Source: Chrysemys picta bellii (Eukaryota). Taken from it: DNA of 64,000 nt. A model generated the notes under the pieces. That model searched no databases. It was not told the DNA's origin and worked only from the letters and a program-made list of their open reading frames with translations. The first letter of the stretch is position 1. The number at the start of each line of letters is the position of its first letter. Positions 51,895 through 64,000 of this stretch are shown here, in pieces. The stretch is taken from NCBI RefSeq assembly GCF_011386835.1, contig NC_088793.1, positions 156,302,001-156,366,000 on the forward strand, in the 5' to 3' direction. A program made the translations under genes and the position numbers.

Positions 51895-52750
51895 TAGGGT
51901 TACCATACGTCCGGTTTTTCCCGGACATGTCCGGCTTTTCGGCACTCAAACCCCCGTCCGGGAGGAATTCCCAAAAAGCCGAACATGTCCGGGAAAATGC
52001 CAGCCAGGCACTTCCCCTCCCGCGGCGGCTCTGCTCCTCCCCTGACTCTTCGGCTCTGTTTAAGAGCCGAGCTGCCCGACCTCTATGGGCTTCAGGCAGC
52101 CCCTTTGCCTCCGGACCCTGCGCCGCTGGAGCCCGGGAGGGGAAGTGCCCGGCCGGGGGCGCAGGGTCCGGAGGCATGGGGGCTGCCCAAAGCCAGTAGC
52201 ACTCGGGCAGCTCGGCTCTTAAACAGAGCCGAAGAGTCAGGGGAGGAGCAGAGCCTCCGGCCACGGCGGCTCTGCTCCTCCCCGACTCTTCGGCTCTGTT
52301 TAAGAGCCGAGCGCTACGGGCTTTGGGCAGCCCCCATACCTCCGGACCCTGCACCGCCGGAGCCCGGGAGGGGAAGTGTCCGGCTGGGGGCGCAGGGTCT
52401 GGAGGCAAGGGGGCTGCCTGAAGCCCAAGCGCTACCAGCTTCATGGTTTGCCGGGCAGCCTCCAGACCCTGCGCCCCCGGCTGGGCGCTTCCCCTCCCGG
52501 GCTCCAGCTGCGCTGGGGAAGCGCCGGCCAGGAGCGCAGGGTCAGGGGGCTGCCCGGCAAACCGTGAAGCCGGTAGCGCTCGGGCAGCCCTTTCCGCGTG
52601 GCTGGGAGTGGGAGGGAGGAGTGGGTGGAGTTAGGGCGGGGAAGGGGCGGGGTTGGGGCAGAGTTGGGGCGGGGCTGGGCTGGGGAAATGGGCGGGGCCA
52701 GGACCCCGTGGAGGGTCCTCTTTTTTTATTTGTTAAGTATGGTAACCCTA
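51895..52750. mobile_element. CpG-rich non-autonomous hAT element (TAGGGTTACCATA TIR), 856 bp
   Basis: TIRs TAGGGTTACCATAC / GTATGGTAACCCTA; exact 8-bp TSD CTGTTTAC (51887-94, 52751-58); internal direct and inverted repeats. Confidence 0.93.
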
Positions 52751-53069
52751 CTGTTTACGCCCATCTTTATGGATCATTCAATATCAAATAATCTTTCTAA
52801 GAACCAGCACTTCCATTAAGAATTTTTTTTAATAAAAATTGGATTATGGCTAGCAAAACAATCAATCCTCTGACTCAGGGCGTGTCTACACTGAGAGATT
52901 TTTTTTGTTTTGTTCACTGAATAGCTGCACTTTGTGCAAACCCCTGCTGCTGACACACACAAGTGAAGTGGCTTACTCTGGGTTCAGATTAGGGTAAGGT
53001 GTATCAGTCTAACTTTTTATATATAATTAAATATTAATGGTGTGAGAGAGAGAACAAGAGAGAGACACT

Positions 53070-53140
53070 GAGTCTATAGCCAGTTGGTTGGGGCACTTAT
53101 GTGGGAGGTGAGTGACTCCGGTTCAAGTACCTGCTTCAAT
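53070..53140 (+). mobile_element. tRNA-derived SINE head, degraded
   Basis: A-box-like tagccagttggttggggc and B-box-like ggttcaagtac at tRNA-like spacing; no intact cloverleaf. Confidence 0.45.
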
Positions 53141-56100
53141 GAATACTTAATTATTTACAAAAAGTGGAATGGTTTTAACAGGATCATTTTTCCTATGTTA
53201 CATTTAATAAAAGGGTGTTTTTGTGTGTGTATAATATGCACATATGTAAGGATATTTTAAGTATGTGCATAAGTGTTGTGTGTGTGTATTTTTATGTTTG
53301 TGTAATTGTATGTAAAATAAATATGCAAATTATAGTGTCTTTGCTATGCAAAGAGCAAATTGCTTTGATAACATCTCTCACGTTGGATTAACCTGAAGCA
53401 CTAACATTTTCTACAATTTAAAACAGAACTCTACGTGTTTAATGAACTGGCTGATTGACCCTTATTATTTTTTATTTATTTTGAGTGTCTGACAATGGAA
53501 ATCTTTCTGTTTCCCTATAGAGCAGATACAACATAAACAGCATAAACTTTTTGCCAGTGTTCTTCAGGCCTATGGTGAAGGGACTGCTTCTAGGGATGAA
53601 ACCCTAAAGAATGTCAACACCCACTATAAGGCCCTTTTAGACTGCTAGATTGGTGTAAATAGGTTTTGGTATAAATGAGAATCAGAACCTCTAGCCTCTG
53701 TTCCACTATTCCCTGAGTCTTCCAGTACTTAGCTATTTAGGTTGTTTTTTAATGTAGATAAAAATACAGTAATAATAATTACTGTCAACTGCTTGCCATG
53801 ATTCTAAACAAGAGACCAGATCATCAGCTGGTGTAAATTAACACTGTTTGTCTGATTTACACCAGCTGCGGACCTGGACCAAAATCTTATAGAAAAGTTT
53901 GTAAAATTATTTTAATTGTTCACGTGTATCCATACTGACATGATATATGCCATAATGGTTCCAAAGAGTCCATTATATTCTATGGAGTAAATGATTCAGA
54001 ACTTTAATGAACGTAACAGGTCTGAATAAGCCATTATATCAGCTCACTTACAGGAGCAATTTGTTTTTCTTTTCTATTACTATCATAAATAAAAAGATAG
54101 GAAATTAAACCACAAAAACCAGTTTCACAGTAACGGAGAACATCACATGCACAAACAAGAAAACTTGGAGGTAAGGTTGAAACTCCAGGCTGACATTTAA
54201 GCTTTCGCTCAACCTATTGTGTCTCTCAACAGTAGTTTATACATAGCATTGTTCTGAGACCCCTGCAGTACTGATTTCCTAACCACTTGTGAAAATCAAG
54301 TCTCATAGCAATAAACATCCTGGCCTGATTTCTATTTGAGCACCATATGGAACAAGTACAAGTGGCATATACTTCTTCCTCACTACCAAAAATCCCTCAG
54401 ATCCTAGGCATTTATAGAAGCTGCAAAAGTAGCATTAATGTGTCCCTATATCTGGCCTACGATAAGCTTTGTGCACAACCCCTTCCATGCTTAATTCCTC
54501 CAAGGAAGAATAATGTGCATGGGATTGGAATGGGGGGACGGGAGGAGCTTTGCATACAGTATGCTGTTGTTTACTTTGGGCAACCATGATGTGTAGACAC
54601 AAAAATATGGTACATAAAAACCATACCTACTCTACTGATAGCTGTGTCCCTTTCATTATGTCAGACATGGAGCACTCGCAGAGCAGTCTCTTTGCAATTT
54701 TCCTGAGAGGCAGAATCAATACATCCATTTTTTTTCCTACTCTTCTGTCAGAATTTTCCCCCATAGGTTGTAAATTGGATGGTAACATTTGTAGAATATG
54801 TTGGGATCCAGATGTATGAAAAGTAGTATCTCTATTTGTCTGCCTGCCTATCCTTCTTATGCAGTGCCATCACCTTTCTGTCTTAGTACCTTCCATAATT
54901 ATGAAGTGTACACACAGGTATGTTTATTTCTCTCTTCCTTCCAGTCAGCATGAACCTAGCACTCCTTTGTTTGCGTGTTTGTTTTTGTAGTATTATTGTG
55001 GTTAAATTAATGTAAGATCACCATCATTGCAGTGTCTAGATGTGTATTGCAAAGAGACTGCTGTAAAAGTCTGGAGTTTCAGCCTTAACTCGGAATTTCC
55101 TTCCTTTTTATTAACTACCAATACTGAGCCCCTGTATGTTAAAGAACAGTGTGTAAGGTTTTGACCACATATCTGCCATTCAAATCAATAGGAATTCCCT
55201 GCACAATTTTTGAATATGTTATTCCCTAATGTTGTTCTGGTTGATTTATATAACGTAACTTGCATAACTCTTATGTTAAGAGTACCAATAGTGCCTTAGC
55301 ACTCAGGAGTCCCCAAATCTGCTGAGCATCGGAGTGATGATGAAATAATAGTGTAATTGTCAAAAGGCACAGAAGCAATGTTTATTACCATAGAAAACCA
55401 AAAGGACGTTGAGCCAGAATAAAGATGATTCTGGGATCAAATCGGAAAATTTGGGCTAATCCTGGTTTAATTCTATGGTTTTGTTACCAATGGAACCCTC
55501 CTCAAACCAAGCTGCTTTCCTTCAGTCTCACCAAACTTCAAACCTTCTATTTTACTTTTCAGTTGTTTGCCATTTTTGTAATATATCTTAATTTTACTGA
55601 TATATCTGTGTTTGGTTTAGCTGGATGTCCATAGCAACCACTTGATACAGCATCTTTTGGAATCTTATGAATAATAAGAATAACTAATAAACATTTTCTG
55701 ATCTTCTGAGTAGAAAATAAAAACCATATGTGTTTCTAGAGAAAATGGTACAGAATTTTTAAAGCATTGCAGTGAGTGAGGACCAAGTATGTGCATTTAG
55801 AGTAAAAATGAAAGAGGTAAAAGGCCTATTCTGAAATAACATGTTATTATAAATATATTGTTTATGCTGCAGGCTTATGTGTATTAAAGGTTTCTACTGT
55901 GTTTGTGTTTTACCATAATGGGAATTCTTAGGTTAAATTTCTCTTACTGCGTGACCTTTGTTTTGTGTGGTATTCAGATTTCATCAGTAATACTTCATCT
56001 TATCGGGGTTTGTAATTACATTTGCATAATAGATTAAATATAAGAGCTCTGGGTATATCAGCCGCCATGTGCTACTTCACAGAAGGTCAGAGCCAGTCAC

Positions 56101-56816
56101 TTAAATTAGCTTTATGAGGAGGCTTGAAAGCTGACAGTAGACAGACAACAGGCAGATAGAGAACAGAGTGCAGCTTAGGAAAGAAACATGATTAGCTCAA
56201 ACAGAATTCAACAACTGGCAAATACTTGTTTATTGTTTGTTTTGTTGAAAGCTGTTCCTTTCCCCCGTACAGTGTTTATCATAAGAATGCCATTTAGCAC
56301 TATAATTTTTCTGGTTCTCAAAATAAATTCTTTAACAAAATTAATCTAATTGAGAATTTGTTTTTTTTCTCCCCTAAATTTCTGCTTTTAGTATTTTTAA
56401 ATAGTTCCATTCCATTTTATAAAAGGAAAGACAAAGTCCCTTTTTATATGCCTTGCAAAGGCAAACCTTGTGCAGGATAGCTAACTGAAATAGTGCCAAA
56501 GGAGGGTTTCATGTTAATGTTAAGTCAATATATTTTTGCAGTGTTCAGGTCAAATTCGGTACTGGCGTAAGCAGGTGCGTCTCCCATTCGTGGCGCATCT
56601 TAATGCCTTAGGTGAATGATTTTACGTACCATGTAAACCCATTGACTACAGTTGCAAGGTGTGTAATTCAGACCAGAATGTGGGCATTTCTGTTTTAATT
56701 ATTTAAAAAAAACCCAAATCATTGTAAAAGAGTTCGTCCCCCAAATGCCAGACTGCACTTTCCCACTAATACCCTGCTGTAGTCTCTTTAGCTTCAGATC
56801 CTTTGATACCTTAGAA

Positions 56817-57037
56817 CAGGGGTTCTCAAACTGGGGCTCAGGACCCCTCAGGGGGTCGCGAGGTTATTACATGGGGGGTCGCAAGCTGTCAGCCTCCACC
56901 CCAAACCCCACATTGCCTCCAGCATTTATAATGGTGTTAAATATATTTAAAAGTGTTTTTAATGTATGAGGGGGGTTGCACTCAGAGACTTGCTGTGTGA
57001 AAGGGGTCACCAGTACAAAAGTCTCTGAGAACCACTG
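56817..57037. mobile_element. Non-autonomous hAT MITE (CAGGGGTTCTCAAAC)
   Basis: TIRs CAGGGGTTCTCA / TGAGAACCACTG; 8-bp TSD ccttagaa / ccttagac. Confidence 0.88.
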
Positions 57038-58788
57038 CCTTAGACGAAGGGAGATAATCCATACAGGCATTTTAGATTAACTAATCTGTGTGGTTTTGTT
57101 TAATGAAAGCAGATATCTAATTTTTCCTATGCCTGTGACATATTGATAACAACCATCATTTATTTTCTAAACATTCAGCTATTCCACATTGAAAGAGGAA
57201 ATAATAATTTCAGAATAACTTGAGACAGTGTTTAATAGGAAAATGTGTATTTTTCTTTAAACCTATAAAAATAAGTATATTGTCTGGCCTAAAGGAAATG
57301 TTTTCTCACTTATGCAGAAATATTCTTTGTCTCCACCAAATATTCTGATCATTGGATTGATAATACAAGAATTGTAAGAAGCATTTTTATTTTTAACAAG
57401 CAATAACCTTCTAGCAGCCATTTGGCTGGTAGTGAATTCTGAAAAGTTGAAACGGTATGTATCACAACTGGGGCTGAGTCGGAGGCACTGAGTATGATTT
57501 TTGTCTCCACACCTTAAAAACAGGAGTGAAGTTCCTAATTATTGAAATTCTAAGAGTTAACCATTATCTAGAGCTCTGCTAATACAACACATGTGGCCTG
57601 GGGGTGGGCTTTGATTTTAATTGGCTTTTCTTGTCTCTGTGCTTATTATAAGGTTGAGGCTTGAACATGGCTCCTCCCTGCCCTGCAGAAGATAGTTCTC
57701 AGTTTAATTTCTAGAGAGGAGAGCAGAAAGCAATGCTCAAATCTCAGCCAGTGAATAATGGCAAATCCAATAATCCATCAGGTGGTGATTGATCAAAAAA
57801 ATCACTCAACCCTATAAAAGCAATTGGCTAAAATTATGGTTATTAAAATAATTCAGAAACACACCTACTTCAGCATTACATACTGCTGTCACTGAGGACA
57901 CTTTGTGTGTGTCTCTGTCATTAGAAATGTAGTAGACAAGTAATTCTATTTAAACATGACAACGATAATGAGATTAACAGTAGGCTAAGTGATTCTGAAA
58001 ATAGCATTTTCATCCTAAGAGTGGCCTGTTACTTGAATAGGAAAAAAAGACATTAGTGTCTTTTTTAATATTTAATTCTTTTGTTGTTTTTAATGTTCAT
58101 AAATTGTTTTTAAACTTCTATTTTTGCTTTTACATTATTAGTGAGTACTCATTCAATACTGTCTCTATTCAGCACTACTGAGCAGTAGTGTGGGTCTCTT
58201 TAAGCAAACTCATACATATTTTCTCTCTCCCTTTTTATACCACATTCATCACACTGGTATCTGAGTAAAACTTTTCAAATCTACTACGTATTAATCCTCT
58301 ACAAAACATTTAGTAATGCTAGTAATTTAATATCATGATCACCTACTACATTTTCTCTGATTTTTTTTAACTTCCCAATATTTATTCTGTCACAGGGTCT
58401 TAAAAAGTCAATGGGATTTATGCTTTTAAGTCACTTAGGTGCTTTTGAAAATTCTACCCGAAATGCCTTCCTGTACTTAATTAGTCCTTTTCCACTAGAC
58501 AATCATCATGTTTTGTGTTTTTCAGAATTTTAAAGACTCAAAAAATCATTATCCTTGTGTTGTTTGTTTTATTTGTTTGTTTGTTTTTAACTTCAGGTCA
58601 TTGGTTCTTAAACTATTTGTTCCTCCTTTTACAATATCTCCTTATATCCTGTTACATAAGGACAACCTTGCACAATTCTACTTGTCCAGGGTAAGAAGCT
58701 GTTTTTAATGGGTATACTTTCCCCTTATAATCATCATTATAGTAAAAGGTGAGCAAGTAGATTTTGTGCTTGGACTTGTAAATATTCA

Positions 58789-58912
58789 TAGGGTGACCAG
58801 ACAGCAAGTGTGAAAAATCGGGACAGGGGATGGGGGGTAATAGGAGCCTATGTAAGAAAAAGACCCAAAAATCGGGACTGTCCCTATAAAATCGGGACAT
58901 CTGGTCACCCTA
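58789..58912. mobile_element. Short hAT-type MITE (TAGGGTGACCAG TIR)
   Basis: TIRs TAGGGTGACCAGA / TCTGGTCACCCTA; flanked by AAATATTCA on both sides. Confidence 0.9.
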
Positions 58913-61139
58913 AAATATTCATGACAACTTGGAAAGACTGCTTAAACATGAATTGTGAATGTAAAGCACAAAAATCAAACATGGATTGGTAAAATGGACT
59001 GTGGCTGAAACTTCGGTGAAATCATGTCCCCAGTAATCACAGTAGTAAATGACATTCAGAACATGAAAAATTTGAAACGTTTACCCTTTCTTTGCATATG
59101 TTCCCAGTGGTCTAAGTTCTTTGGCTCCCGTTTTTAATGATGCTGCTCCAGGGGTTGTTAGTGACTGTGTGTCTCTTGGAGAAAACACTACTGGAGTATG
59201 GAGCTGGCCAGTAAGGATAAAGTATAGGAAGTGGTTTTTTTTATTTTTTTAACTTCACCATGTTGCTCATGTTTTTATTGTAATTGCTGAAAGGTGAAAT
59301 CAAATTCCTAATGCCTTATGGCCACTTAGTATTTCAGAGCTCTTCTTGCAAGAGTAGGATTTTGTAACAGGGCAGCAAGTTCTAGGGCCCTGCACTGGGC
59401 TTCTCTACTGAAACACCCTAACATCTATTGTTAGAACTGTAAACAATGGCATTACTTTCTGTTATTTCTGCTGACTTATGCTGACAGGTCTGTCTGGACT
59501 GGCAAAAAGGGTGTGCTTTTCAATTATGTTAGCTCAATCTTTTTAGCTGGCCTAAGCTTTACAAACACCTTAAACAAATTAATTTTAAAAATGCACTCAT
59601 TTTGCCTTTTGCCTGTGATATCCAGAGCAATCAAGAGACCGGGAAAGAGTGGTCCCCATGAAGAATATATTTCCTATATCTTTCTCTGCTCCTTGACTTT
59701 GTTTGAAAAATTGCATCACTGCTTCTGAGTGACTTCTTCCTTGGCTGTTCAGATACTTTGAGAGGTCAAATTGCTAATGATGAGTGTGTCTCCTTCATAG
59801 CTCCCAGGGGTTCCCCTTTAACAAACACACAGATTAGGTAACATTGTTTCAAATGGTTTGAAAGACAATGTGTTTGTGTCTAGTGACTTAACATACTTGA
59901 GCGGAGTGATTTTTTTTTAAACTACTTTTTTGGTTTTCTTAGCAAAGATCATTGTATGAGTGATTTAAAAATAGGTAAGTATTATAGAACCTGCAAGAGA
60001 TTATAGGTATTACATTCCAAGAAGCATAGATTTGTGACCTACATGATTAGGCCTGGATTAAAAATCCAGAACTGGCAACAAAGTAATGGATTATTTTTCT
60101 CCACTTTCTTGTATACCTTATCTCACTTTCTTTTACCTAGAGATATGACATCTTGACAAATTCTCAGTGAATATTGACTGCCTTAGAGACTATTTAATTA
60201 GTACATTTAAAATACACTTTGGATGAACCTTTCAGCATCTGTCAGGCAGTGATTTGGATAGCCTGGGGCTCAGAGTTGGGAATGGACTTGTAAATTCTAG
60301 TATGAAAAGCTTTCAGAAGGGTGACGGGGAAATAAATGAAAATCCCATACAGAAGATTTAGAAGCTTGGAATATATTTTAACTTGGTAGTTTATGAAATG
60401 TAGAGAAACAGTGGTGAATATATTCATCAAGGACATTGTTTGCAATTGCATAGTGACATACTGTAATGGAGATATGTAATTTACTTGGTTCATTTGAAAA
60501 TTTAATATTTCCTAGGGAAGAGTCTATACTCCTCATGGAACTATGGATCCCTCTTTGTTTCTTTTTACTTTACCCTCTCACTCGTGGGTTCTTATGTCAT
60601 GGCCATGTTGCTTTCTATTGGGTGGGACTTTTAAGAGGGACCCAAGAGCACTGAGCAATGAAAGGCACAGTCTTTCCCCTCTGCCTTGTGAAGCAAGAGT
60701 CCTGGATCAACTCCATGTTGACAATGGAGAATTTTACTTTTAGGCACTAGGCTGTCTTAATAATTCATATGTTTCACGTGAAATCCATAAAAAAGATAAA
60801 CTTGTTTGTTTTGAATGTAAAATAATTTATGTTCACTATACTCTATATATTTATATTTTTTTAATTTAGTAGCTTTACTTTTCTTTACCTGCCCAGTTTG
60901 TTAGTAAGCTTCTGTTGCTTTTGTTGCTTTTAGGCGAAAAGTAACTAACAAGAAAAACAAAACACCACCACCTAGTTATTCACAAAAAAAAACATTAATA
61001 GCTGGAAAATTACGGTAATAAATATAATGTCATATTTGCAGCACAGTAAAGAAAGCGATCAAGTTTCAGCAAGAAAAGAAGGCTGTAATAAATTTAGTTT
61101 GATCACCATAGATACATGGCTTCTTTGTGCTACAGTGTT

Positions 61140-61256
61140 TAGGGTGACCAGATGTCCCGAGTTTATAGGGACAGTCCCGATTTTTGGGTCTTTTTCTTAT
61201 ATAGGCTTCTATTACCCGCTGTCCCGATTTTTCACATTTGCTGTCTGGTCACCGTA
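61140..61256. mobile_element. Second copy of the TAGGGTGACCAG MITE, opposite orientation to 58789-58912
   Basis: Near reverse complement of the 58789 copy with a small deletion; exact 8-bp TSD ACAGTGTT (61132-39, 61257-64). Confidence 0.9.
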
Positions 61257-63676
61257 ACAGTGTTCTACTTTTTATCTGCTTACTATGGATGATTCTTTTT
61301 CCCTAGTAAGCATTTAACCTATATACTGTAAATTGGAGCATACTTATTTAGAAGACATATTTGCAAAGAACATGCCTTCATGTCCTATGTTGTATATCAG
61401 TAGTCCTTTCTGCCTTCTATGTATATTTGTCACTTGATAGCTTTAATGACCTTGACTCTATTAAAAAGACAGGAATCATAAAGTTCTGTAATTTAACTAC
61501 TGAGTAAGTCTTCAGTATATGAAGGGACAAAAAAGACATACACACACCCCATATCATATTAATATGACTGGATAATTTTATTTTTAGAAATATTCTTCCC
61601 CTTTCTAATCAGCCTCCCCAAAATGTCATGCATCCCAAAGAGGTACTGACCTGAAACAAAGGTAAAGTGTACAGAATGCAATGGCTGTTCTAGCTATGTT
61701 ACAAGATATGGGAGCAAATACTCCAAGCATATTTTTGTCCTTTCGAGCTGACACTAGTTTTCATGTCACAGTTCAGTAATTTAAACCTTTAGGGTTTATT
61801 TTGCAGCCATCCTACTTTCATTCCATTCCCCATATAAACAGCTCAAGAATGACAACAAACCCCTGGCTCTGCCTTTGTCATTTGCTCGGTCTTCTCCGAT
61901 GTTTGACATGTTTTGAAAGTGCATTCTTCTGCTCTTTGGATTTTTTAGTATATTTTTATGACTTTGGTACTTGTGATGTGTATTGCTGATGGAGTAAATG
62001 AAAGGAAGAGGAGTTAGATCAAGTTACTTATATTAAGAATCTATTCCCCTCCTTTGTTAAAATCCATGTAACACATACAGTGGTCCAGTTACTCTTTTTA
62101 AGTATATACACACCTTTTTTTCCTCTTGTCTCCCATACCTCTCGATGTATGCAACACTCATGAACTGACTCTTAGGAGGAGAAGGGCAGGACGGACTACG
62201 AGATGAAGCGTGGAACTGGCGGAACAATTTGTTTATTGACCAGTCCCAGAAAACCTACTTGTCCTCAACTAACAAAGTTGTGCTTCAGCTAAGGAGATTA
62301 ACAGACATTTCAGATGACAAAAACCTGTTTGGTCCTCTTGTCCATTCCATTGCATGTCAGTATTCTTCCATGCAATGCTTTGTTTTGCCATCAGTCCATT
62401 TCTTTTTGGCAAGTGGATAACAATTTTGGCTGTCATTGTCAAACAGAATCATCATCCCCTGTTTATGTTGTCTAATGTACCCTCCAAATTGTTCAATAAA
62501 TTGAGATGTCTGAGAGAGGACCTGTAAGGTGGTCCTGAAATGCAGAGAATAAAAGTTTGCACAACCTATATTAAATGAACATTGAAACGGAAGAAAGCAT
62601 TTGTCTACCTAAGAGTATATACTGAGGTTGTAGTATCAGGGAACAATTTATGTTATAACAGCTGAGCATATTCTGGATTCCTCTTTTGCCTCTTTTTCAG
62701 GATTTCTTCGACAGATGGTACCCCCAGATGGACATGACATTCTTAAGAAGCTTACTCCCTCTATACCTTTACCAGCCAGTAACTCATAGCACCATAGAAA
62801 TCTAAACGCTTTGACATGAATTAGCCTTACTTAGTGGACTTTAATTTTTTAATCTTTAGAATATGCTGCCGGGTAGTGGTTGTGGAGTTGTTAAACTGTC
62901 TACTTAAGGTCTCAGTAACCAGAATGGAATCAGAACAATAGTTAACATTCCAACACAACGTCCTAGTATATATTCATTTTTGGTCACTGTCAGGCCAGTT
63001 GGGGTAATGTTTTTAGTGAGTCATTTTGTAGGTAAAACTGCAAATAAACTGAGAGAACACATTTCAGCAACCTATAAATAACTCTGTCAACTACAGCTCA
63101 CACACTTCAAGCAACATGCTTTTTTATTTTCTAATTATATAAAACCTTGAAACAAGATAGTGTTCTATCATGGACACACCCACAATATAATTTTGGCTGT
63201 TAGCTAAACTCATCATTACTCATTAATGTAAATTAATTCATTTTTTGTTTTTGTTTTGCCCCCCAGTCCTCTATACTGGGTTCCCACTGCAAGAGCAGTC
63301 AGCTACTTGCAGTGTCAATGTTAAAGAATCATGTACAAATTCCATTGTATGGCAATCATGTGACTCTCTTTAAGTCCTTGAGAGCTGAGCTAATACAGAA
63401 GCTCCGCTTATTAATGCTAGTGTTTTGGAATCCACACTGCAGCATGGGACTGTAACCTGAAAGCTATAATTCTCCGAAGTGTTGAAGCAAATGGGCAAGT
63501 TCTGTATAGCATGTTACTGGTGTTAAGTTTCTTTTGAGGAATGTGAAGGTTGGCCTGAATTGCAGCAAGTAGAATGGTTGACTCAAAAACAAAAGCATTG
63601 GGCAGTCTGGCAAGATATAGATGCAAGAATATTCTCTGCTTTCTGATGAGTCCTCTGCTCTAGTGATTTAGAAGTA

Positions 63677-63878
63677 CACCTCTACCTCGATATGACGCCG
63701 TCCTCGGGAGCCAAAAAATCTTACCGCGTTATAGGTGAAACCGTGTTATATCGAACTTGCTTCGATCCACTGGGGTGCGCAGCCTCCCCCCCCCCCCGCC
63801 CCCCCGGGAGCACTGCTTTTTACCGCATTATATCCGAATTCGTGTTATAGCAGGTCGCGTTATATCGGGGTAGAGGTG
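63677..63878. mobile_element. Tc1/mariner (Tigger-like) MITE
   Basis: TIRs CACCTCTACCTCGATATGACGC / GCGTTATATCGGGGTAGAGGTG; TA TSD on both sides. Confidence 0.88.
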
Positions 63879-64000
63879 TATGTGGGAATGGGAAGAACAA
63901 ACCGGGGGAGTAAGGAAATCCAAGAAATCACTTCCTTTGCTTTTAAAACATTTGTTTAAACAAACAGATATTGTTTTCATCTTAGAATAAAAATTAAGTT

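Noticed and set aside
43613-52819. Long Pro/Gly/Ala-rich ORFs (e.g. 51985..52791, 51857..52444, 45831..46370, 43613..44020, and also 6182..6598)
   Set aside because: They lie inside GC-rich MITEs where stop codons are rare; no recognisable domain, and open on both strands.
53070-53140. tRNA gene (also the tRNA-like stretch near 13950-14020)
   Set aside because: A and B boxes only; acceptor and anticodon stems do not pair, so these are treated as SINE-head relics.
62670-62810. Strong-looking acceptor ttcctcttttgcctctttttcag|GATTTC
   Set aside because: Downstream sequence does not encode the kinase continuation, reaches a stop, and has no convincing donor nearby.

Overview
Vertebrate genomic DNA, very likely from a turtle (inferred from the repeat landscape: PsCR1-type CR1 LINEs, Penelope-like elements, DIRS-like tyrosine-recombinase retroelements, many hAT/Harbinger/Tigger MITEs). 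The window lies inside the CDC42BPA (MRCK-alpha kinase) gene on the + strand. Four GT-AG coding exons of 92, 84, 96 and 149 nt (exons 2-5 by the human numbering as I recall it) encode the N-terminal half of the kinase domain; the next exon lies beyond the window. Everything else is intron, heavily populated by transposon relics, several of them nested. Best observations: (1) a structurally complete but decayed DIRS1-like element (30069-35450) with inverted terminal repeats, an internal complementary region, and gag, RT/RNaseH/MT and YR remnants; (2) a second, collapsed DIRS-like element (43394-44570); (3) the right terminal repeat of both is bracketed by a yAG acceptor-like and an AAG|GTRAGT donor-like site in host-sense orientation, a potential poison-exon cassette; (4) three Penelope-derived minimal hammerhead-ribozyme motifs, all antisense to the host gene; (5) a Penelope-in-Penelope fold-back insertion and a perfect 52-bp spacerless palindrome next to it; (6) a young CR1 nested in an older CR1. 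I found no clearly new biological system. The splice-cassette and ribozyme-orientation ideas are hypotheses. All family names and coordinates were assigned by eye, without database searches.
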